Source of the DNA: Tubiluchus corallicola
Lineage: Eukaryota; Animalia; Priapulida
DNA length: 64,000 nucleotides
Direction: 5' to 3'
Assembly (NCBI GenBank): GCA_030141605.1
Contig: JAQGDQ010000132.1
Span: 472,772 to 536,771 of the forward strand
How positions within the stretch are numbered: the stretch's first letter is position 1; each line of letters begins with the position of its first letter. Below are positions 56,401 through 64,000 of this stretch, in pieces. The position numbers were made by a program, and so were the translations under genes. The notes under the pieces are model-generated. The model had not been told where the DNA came from and made no database searches. It saw nothing but the letters and a program-made list of their open reading frames with translations.

Positions 56401-59400
56401 CTGCCATATGTGTGGATCTGATATCAGCACTCTTACCACGTGAAATTTTTAGATATATTGTGTGCGTGTCAGGTGTGTGTAAGGTATGGAATCATTTTAT
56501 GTTCTGTGTGATAAGCAGCTGCATAACAAAGTTCTAAAGTTAGGGGGACCAAGTACATAAAAAAGCTCCCTTTCCTTCTCTATTAGCTTTGCCACTGGTG
56601 AGAACCTTTGTGGATGAGTGGATTGGCACTTGTGCTGTAATGTGTTCACTCTGTTTAATTCTTAAATCGATCCGGGTTGGGGGGGGGGGGGGTTAATTCG
56701 TAAGTTTTAAGTATTTACCTTGTATGTGGAGGCTGAGATACCTCCACTAGTTCAATACCTCATCTTAAACTCATATCGTTGATAATGAGTCAGATGCCAG
56801 TCATGCCACAAACATCTCCTTGAGTAGAGTTTGCCTTGGAATGCTGGATTATGGCTTGCAGTACACGGGAAGTGCATAAAAATTATGCACTGCACATCTG
56901 TATTGTAATTAAAATGCAACTAACTTGCAATTAATAATTGTTAATTTATTAATGCTAGTTAGTTAACAAAGCAAAGAATTTCATTTTATTTGTTAACCTG
57001 ACTTCTAAATGTGCTTGTACTTTACCAAAATTGTTTAAAGAAAATTCTGCTCAATGCTGTTTTCTTTTTTTTGTCAGGCATTTTTTCACATTGATTGTCA
57101 GTTTGAGCTTTAAATAATTGACAGGTTAAAATGACTTTTGTAGAATGAAGCTACAGCGGCAGCATATATAGATAAAGTTTAGTAAACACGTAAAATTGAA
57201 CAAATCCCAATTGATTTTGATGATGTTGTCTTAGAAAATTCTGAGCCAAAAACTTTACAATTTCATTGTCCAGTGTCAAAACTGGCAGTTTGTTGCCAGA
57301 CATTTTAAGCAATACCGTTGCATGCTCATTGAAAAAAGTGGACATGTTAACATGCAAAAAACTATTTATATATAAACTGGCATATTTCTATGAAGTTCTA
57401 TGGAATGACTAGTTGGCAATAATAACATGTATTTTTTGTATTTTATGCACTTGTGTTAACTGTATGTTTTTAATGTTTTGCAGGCAATAGTTGGAGTTGC
57501 TGGTGGTGCCACCAGGGCAGCGCTAACACAACATCAAGCAAGACGCAACAATATGGCCGACGTTTCTGCCAAAGATGGCAGCCAAGAGACTCTGGTGAAT
57601 TTGGCAGCGCTACTTGTCAGCCTTGTACTGATACCACTAGTTGCTGATAAGCAAATGTAAATTTAAAACAAGTTTATATTTTTTGTCATTTAAAAACTAA
57701 AGTTTTGATTTAGATTTTAAAGTTTAAAAAAGTAAACATTGTAATGGTGCACTCAGTTTCTGAATGACTGACAACGTTTGAAAGAACAAATTTATGGGCA
57801 ATTTTAATGGATTGTTTGTTTATTCTTGAACTTATAGGCTAATATGGACACTGTTCTTTCTATGTGCATGCCTACACATCTACGCTAATTATAAAGCTGT
57901 TACTTCTATCATCATGGAGACTCCAAATCAAGCCAGATTTCATCATGTAGTGACGCTGTATCTGTCATGGGGTGACGTCACATCTGTAAAGGAAGCCAAC
58001 AGGCGTGAATCTGTGACATTTGGTAAATATGGTTGCTTGTACAAAATACTTCAGTAAGCTATTTCTTGACATCTAGAATTATTGTTACTGACAGCCAGTT
58101 TTGATAAGAAAATGAACAGCTTGGCAGCACTTTGAATGTACTGCTAATTTTTCATTTTAAAAACTACATTTTTTGAAAATACGTGATTACGACAGATATG
58201 AATTCCTGTTTTTCATGTGATTTTATGTGTTTGTTGAAATTAAGCACATTTGCACCCCCTGTTTACTGAATGGAGGTAGTGCTGGTGGTAGGAGCAGGAG
58301 CCGGCACTAGGTAGTGTTAGTGGGGCTCTCTACCCTACAAAAACTAAAGATTGATCTTTTATGCTTTGTGTAGTATGCCAGTCCCAGCCAAAAAGTGTTG
58401 AGGGCTTGAGGCTCAACCACTAGCCACAATGACATACTGCTTGTGCATAGGCCTTCTAGGAACAAACTTTTCTGGCTTTTTTATTCGAAAAATCATTCAA
58501 AATCATTTCAAAGTCAATGGTTTTAATAATGTCATTTTTTCTCTATATCACCAAATTATTTAATCTGTCTTGTGAAATTATTGACCATAGTTATGTTTTA
58601 ATCAGTTTATGTTTTAGTCAATTTTGCATTGTGGGTGCTGCAGAACAGTGTAAACACTTTAGACATATTTAATAAACATCACAACTTTTATAAGTTTTAT
58701 GTTATATAACCTCATTAACGGTGATGTTTCTGTGCTGAAGGTTTGAATATCATCTACAAATTAGTAAAATTAAAATCCAATGATGATCTAACTAAGGCAT
58801 ATAAGGCTCGGCAATTAGCTTTTTGTAAATGGCAAAGATAAACTAAAATTACAAAACAAGTAAACAAACGATCAGCAAAAAAACATTGAAATACAAATAT
58901 AAGGACAGACTGAATAGTTTCATTGCCTTCACAGTATTAAGAAACTTCATGCATAAGATGAACTTCATAAGATGAAGATGCATGCACTAGATACTCATTA
59001 ATTTATAGCTCCTCCGCTCGAGCATGTCCACAGAGCACTCGGGGCCTGCATAGGAGAATCAATCGCTCTCTCTATTATTTATGAATACCTCGTGCCCCAA
59101 AAATTTTATTATTCAGTGACTAAAATGTTTTGTTTTTTCCTTTCAGGCTTGAAGAGGCCATTTAAAGTGAAATTAGGTCAGCCTTTATCTGCCGTTGTTT
59201 ATAGGTATTTATACTCACTGTATCTGTAGTTAGTATATCTTCATGCTCATGATTAATGGCCCTGTGTAAGCAAGTTAATAAATGATACTGATTATCTGAT
59301 AAAATGACTAAAAATGTGTATGAATTGTAAAGAATATTGAGTAAAAGTGATTCTTTTTTCAGTATTACACGCACGCATATACCACTATAATAATTTGGAA

Positions 59401-62252
59401 AACAATGCTTTTTTTGTTGTTACATTTCTCATACATATTTAATATTTACTGTTTTGCCCTAAAGCACAAGAAAACACTCTTCGTAAATGATGCTTAAAAA
59501 GTTTGTCTTGATATTTTATATCACTTACACGCTGTCTTATTGGATACAGAACAATTTAAATTCCTGCGATAATTGTTAGGCACAGCCATTTTGACAGTAA
59601 GTTATTTGAAACAAGTTAAGACAGCATTGCATAATGTTTGAAAAAATAATCAACGCATCCATAGTACACTTTTCGCTAACTAAATAAAAACTTTTTATAT
59701 CGTCAATAAGATCAATGTGCTTTATGTATCAGTGGTGCACCCTGGAATATCAGTGGTGCACCCTGGGATATCAGTGGTGCACCCTGGGATGAAAATGCAA
59801 CGATGTTTTACCAGCTGGCATGAATATTTTAGATTATTAAGAATTTTTTTCCATTTACATAAGTCTTTCAAGCAGGCAAGCTTAGTGCTGAATAATATAA
59901 CTTTGTATGAAAAATTTCTTGAAACATGCTTCAAAATTTCTCTTTCTTTTTTGCCTTTAAATGTAAAAATAAATCATCCTGTTTTAAAATTTCTCTGCAG
60001 TACTTGCCTTAATCTCTTAATCTACAACCCACTCTAGAATTAGCTGGTGTGATTAAGAAATTATTCAAATAGACCCTGAGAAGAAATGAAATCAGAACTG
60101 CTTCCTTTTACCCTGTTGTTTGTAGTCATCTGTCTAAAAAAGGTTCTCTAAAAACATAGTTCTGAAGACAGCTTTAATTATAGTACTATTCTATAATAGT
60201 TTGGATTCATTTTAACTTAGTTGGACTAAGTTAGTGACTTACTGTTCTCAAACACAACTGTATTCCGTTCAGCACTATTTCCATATTTTCCAGTCATAGT
60301 GACTTTGTACGATTGAAGAAACTATACGACTACCGAAAATACCTTCTATGGATAGACACCAAGAATAGATGGATCAACATAGTACTTCGAGATGACAGCA
60401 CACATGAGGATTGGTTAGAGGCTTTGTTTCAGGCTGAAGTTGTGTTATTTATATTAGGAAACTTGCGATCTTCAACTGTCCATGCACAAACGTGGAAGCC
60501 AGTACAGCAAGCAATACAAACATTAAGGGAAAATAAAGGTATGGATGCTATGTTTGTTTAACTATTGTATAAGATGAGATGAGATGAGATGAGATGAGAT
60601 GAGATGAGATGAGATGAGATGAGATGAGATGAGATGAGATGAGATGAGATGAGATGAGATGAGATGAGATGAGATGAGATGAGATGAGATGAGATGAGAT
60701 GAGATGAGATGAGATGAGATGAGATGAGATGAGATGAGATGAGATGAGATGAGATGAGATGAGATGAGATGAGATGAGATGAGATGAGATGAGATGAGAT
60801 GAGATGAGATGAGATGAGATGAGATGAGATATGAGATGAGATGAGATGAGATGAGATATGAGATGAGATGAGATGAGATGAGATGAGATGAGATGAGATG
60901 AGATGAGATGAGATGAGATGAGATGAGATATGAGTTGAGATGAGGTGAGATGAGATTTATTCTGCCTTGTGGTAAGGGATTAGCCACATATAGTGACATC
61001 AAATTTAGGGTAGGTAGGTGGCAGGAGACGTGATAACGCTTTTGTAACACAAGGTGGGTAGGTGATTTAGTCATGATATCGTTACCTAACTTCACGCTTT
61101 TTTCACACGTACCAGACGACTCTACAAGGGCGCAGTCCGTTTTGAACTGAGGCTGCCGCCGCTTCCAGCGCCTATGCCAATGCCAGTATAATCCACTGAT
61201 GGCTTCCCTTAATTAACATAAGTGATGTTCTTGCCTGACCTTGGGAGACCGAAGAATATAATGTACAAAAAGCTACATCGGTGTGATATTGATATCAACA
61301 TAAAGTCATAAAGGTTTAGGTAGGTGGTGGTGATATGATAACTTCATTATAATTCGAGGTAGGGAGGTCCTCAAAATCGCCAAAAGCTTGATATAGTTTT
61401 ATGCAGATGGACCGTAATCTTTCATTACAATTTCATTTGCCTCAACATTACCATATACATTACTATCAATAGATGAAACAACAATGTGTACACACGTACA
61501 CAGAAACATAAGTTAACCATAAAATGAGTGAAACGAATCTCTTGTCCATAAGGTCGTTATTAAATTAAATTTACTCCTGTAGCAATAACCTTGGTTGATT
61601 ACCTTATTACAGGGTAACAGAACCTATGTTTAAAATATGAAAACGGGCAACAAACCAAAACTTAAAATTAAATATTTTAGATACATCACAGAGATTAGAG
61701 TGTAGAAAACTAAATTGTCAACTAAGTTTACTCGTGTTTGGTATATGAATAAATGACTTCTACCATTGGTTCCTCATTATTCAGTTCTGGAATTATACTA
61801 TTCTACTTTGAAGTGCTGTGTAATGTAATTTGATATCTCCAAGCAGTAAAGAAACTGCCAGTTTGCATATGCAATATATTATACAGATATAAAACTGAGA
61901 GAAAACACTTATTAAGGGTTTCAAAAATCACAAGCACAGTAGAATTTTAAAAAGGATGCTTATTGATTTGGTTGCTTGGCCAGTTCCATTGTGTTTCTTC
62001 AAGTTTCTCGTTCCAAAACAAATTGTAAGCACAAAAACTGTGCTATTTAACCATCTACAAATAAACTACACATTTTCTAATTTTGACTTGCCTGTTTTAG
62101 GTATGGCTCTAGATGTAGACTATTTAGTTAGAGTCAGTCTGAATTTTGCACACGTCCAGTTTCCAGTTTTTCTTAAAGAGTTTCAATCTAAGGGCTGGTG
62201 GACTCATCAGACTCAACTTGGTGCAGACGAATGGAGAGCAAATTGGTCCTGA
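53405..62252 (+). CDS. RUSF1: RUS family member 1 (C16orf58, DUF647), ~442 aa, 9 coding exons
   Basis: Exons 53405-53539, 54208-54400, 55647-55692, 56342-56483, 57484-57656, 57838-58022, 59147-59204, 60294-60538, 62101-62252 (1329 nt, in frame). Hallmark motifs: VFLPQGYPHSVSEDYLAYQIWDTIQAFASS, LDADCKRWRLFAD, GVAGGATRAALTQHQARRNNMADVSAKDGSQET, LHIYANYKAV, KGWWTHQTQLGADEWRA. Confidence 0.94.
54465..55225 (+). mobile_element. CR1 LINE fragment (RT to C-terminus, frameshifted)
   Basis: KFADDTKLY..WSNDWQMLFNVDKSEVMH, PHLEYCVQLWNPH..EGVQRRATR and RVVNKWNNLP. Confidence 0.9.
55235..55446. mobile_element. Truncated inverted copy of the 42300-42790 MITE
   Basis: Reverse complement of ~42300-42510, ending GTACCCTG. 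Confidence 0.8.
56600..56890 (+). mobile_element. Probable tRNA-derived SINE
   Basis: A-box-like TGGATGAGTGG, B-box-like ATCGATCC, a poly-G run, a body and an A-rich end. Confidence 0.4.
59410..59830. mobile_element. Copy of the 38700-39120 repeat, with an internal 3x21-bp tandem
   Basis: Shared blocks as listed for 38700-39120; TATCAGTGGTGCACCCTGGRA x3 at ~59727-59789. Confidence 0.75.
60572..60956. repeat. (GAGAT)n pentanucleotide satellite, ~385 bp
   Basis: Direct inspection; produces the spurious ISSHL-repeat ORF. Confidence 0.98.
60974..61414. mobile_element. PIF/Harbinger-like MITE, inverted relative to 47477-47895
   Basis: GGTAGGTAGG motifs; GATTTAGTCATGATATC..ACTTCACGCTTTTTCACAC is the reverse complement of ~47760-47810. 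Confidence 0.7.
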
Positions 62253-62769
62253 CAACAAATTCTACACAAGTACAAACGTGATGATGATCTTCATAACCAT
62301 AAGTATCAGCTCATTTAGGACTTTTTCAGTGTTGATGGAAGGTTGCTTGTACAATATAAGATCAGTTGTTGATGACTGTGTACCTTAAATTTTTTTAATT
62401 CGATCTGTTCCACTGTATTCAGTATTTAATGCATCTGCATGTCGTATGATCATTTTTTTATACAAACTAAACCTATTAATACTACAGGAAGAAAAAATGC
62501 AGCAAAAATACTTTATTTTTTTTTTATTTTAATATGAAAACACCAAGCAACAATACAATATAGTAAACTACATTATGATAACATGGTATACATAGTTACT
62601 TAAATTTCATAATAAAATCTACAGGGCATGATATCTATATAAATTGTTGCTTGCATTATAGTCAGAAGCATTACTTGTGTGACCATAATGCAATTAATAG
62701 TGCTGGGGTTAGGGTGCAAAACAGGGAAGGTAAAAATGATGGAATGACGTGAATCTGAACGTGCGTCAT

Positions 62770-63095
62770 ATACTATAGAAACTTAATCTTTAATATGAGT
62801 TTAAGAATGAAGTTTTGGAACTTTTTTGAATCTTGGTAATGACGAAATTGACTTAATATGTGCAGGTATTTTGTTTCACATGGTAGGACCAATAAATGAG
62901 ATGAAATGTTTCGCAACATTAATCCTACACTGGACAACTTGATACTCGTTAAATCTAGTATTGTAATGTTTTTGATAAAGATTAACAGGATTAACAAAAA
63001 AAGATGGTAAAGATTTATAGTGAGTTTTATTCATGAATGTGCTTATATTATATTTAATTAAGTTGTCAATGGTCATTTGTTTGTACAAAATGTCC
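62770..63095 (-). mobile_element. L2/Crack-type LINE 3' fragment
   Basis: TIDNLIKYNISTFMNK..LPSFF..HYNTR..ISFIGPTM, the same C-terminal pattern as 52402-52827. Confidence 0.7.
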
Positions 63096-63608
63096 ACTTG
63101 GACAAAGTAACCTATTATTCATAGCATCAAATCTGATTAGGTGCCTGTAATTACGATTATAATTTATGAAAAAATTATAGTGTACAGCTTTCCCACAGTA
63201 AATGTCACGAATGGTTAAAAATGCTCCAAATGCATTTCTGTAAATGTAAAAATTGTTATGTAACATTTGAACTGGTTGTTACCTGTTAATTTGAAGAATA
63301 AACATTACTATTATAACTATTACTGGTGAAGTTAAACATATTTATCATAAGTTGCAGCATTGCTCTCATTTGTATCTGCAAGTTAGCTGTGCACACTTGC
63401 TTCAGTTTTTGTTATAAAATTTCTTACTAAATGCTCAACTAAGCTTTGTTTTAATTTGACATTCATTGACATTTCAGTATCACAATATTTCTACGTCACT
63501 GTTTCTTCTGAATCACCCTGTATATTTAGCTTGGCGTGCTCTGTAGAAAAATATGCACTCAACTCCGCTTGGCTCATGTCTATCAGGGACCAAGGAAATT
63601 GTTACACA

Positions 63609-63690
63609 TTAAGAGAAAATACTTGCAATACTTATTGTTTAAGAGAAAATACTTGCAATACTTATTGTTTAAGAGAAAATACTTCAATTA
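63609..63690. repeat. 30-bp tandem repeat, ~2.7 copies
   Basis: TTAAGAGAAAATACTTGCAATACTTATTGT repeated. Confidence 0.9.
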
Positions 63691-64000
63691 CTGATTATGT
63701 GTATCAAATTAATTTGTAATAACTTGAGTTTTCGGTCATTGGATAGCGTGAACATTCCACTTTGATTTTACATGAATCTTTGACCTTCTGGCAGAAATGC
63801 TTCAACAATTTTCTCATTTTGCCATAATTTGAATATGTTAAACTATCTGATGCAAACAACAATAAGAGGTTTAAAATACCTGATGCTCCGTTGTATAGCA
63901 TGTGATAAAAATGATTCATCATTTCTTAAGATGCTCATCATCAGCGTGTATGTCGGGTTAAAAGATTTTGCTGTTTAATATAAGATCCTTTTCGTTTATA

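Noticed and set aside
58775-58915. Intronic box C/D snoRNA
   Set aside because: ATGATGA and CTGA are present, but I saw no terminal stem or recognisable guide sequence.
59727-59789. CRISPR-like repeats (also 63609-63690)
   Set aside because: Head-to-tail tandem units with no spacers, no cas genes, and a eukaryotic context.
60562-61095. 177-aa ISSHL-repeat ORF
   Set aside because: It is a translation of the (GAGAT)n satellite.
63905-63950. Minus-strand hammerhead (CTGATGA..)
   Set aside because: The GAAA box and stem II are broken; too degenerate to support.

Overview
AT-rich animal (probably invertebrate) genomic DNA with spliceosomal introns and many transposon relics. It is not prokaryotic, and I found no rRNA or CRISPR array. 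Six protein-coding genes were reconstructed by hand from splice sites and reading phase. (1) The 3' part of a Kelch-repeat gene (+, 2730-8408), with a GC-AG intron. (2) A 14-exon, ~986-aa SLC6/NSS transporter (-, 10849-36742) with degenerate ion/substrate-site motifs and very long cytoplasmic tails. (3) An intronless class A GPCR (+, 21309-22361) nested antisense in intron 7 of the SLC6 gene. (4) An unrecognised 3-exon gene (+, 40162-44520) encoding an MGCxxS-type acylation motif, a disordered body and a polybasic tail. (5) ZNHIT3 (-, 47220-51556). (6) RUSF1/C16orf58 (+, 53405-62252), head-to-head with ZNHIT3. Non-coding DNA holds CR1, L2/Crack and RTE LINE fragments, tRNA-derived SINEs, several MITE families, Penelope-like foldback elements with hammerhead-like motifs, and microsatellites. 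The most notable candidate system is the atypical SLC6 with its nested atypical GPCR, plus a candidate stop-containing microexon and an in-frame cassette exon in the SLC6 gene. All family calls come from motif recognition; no database search was run.
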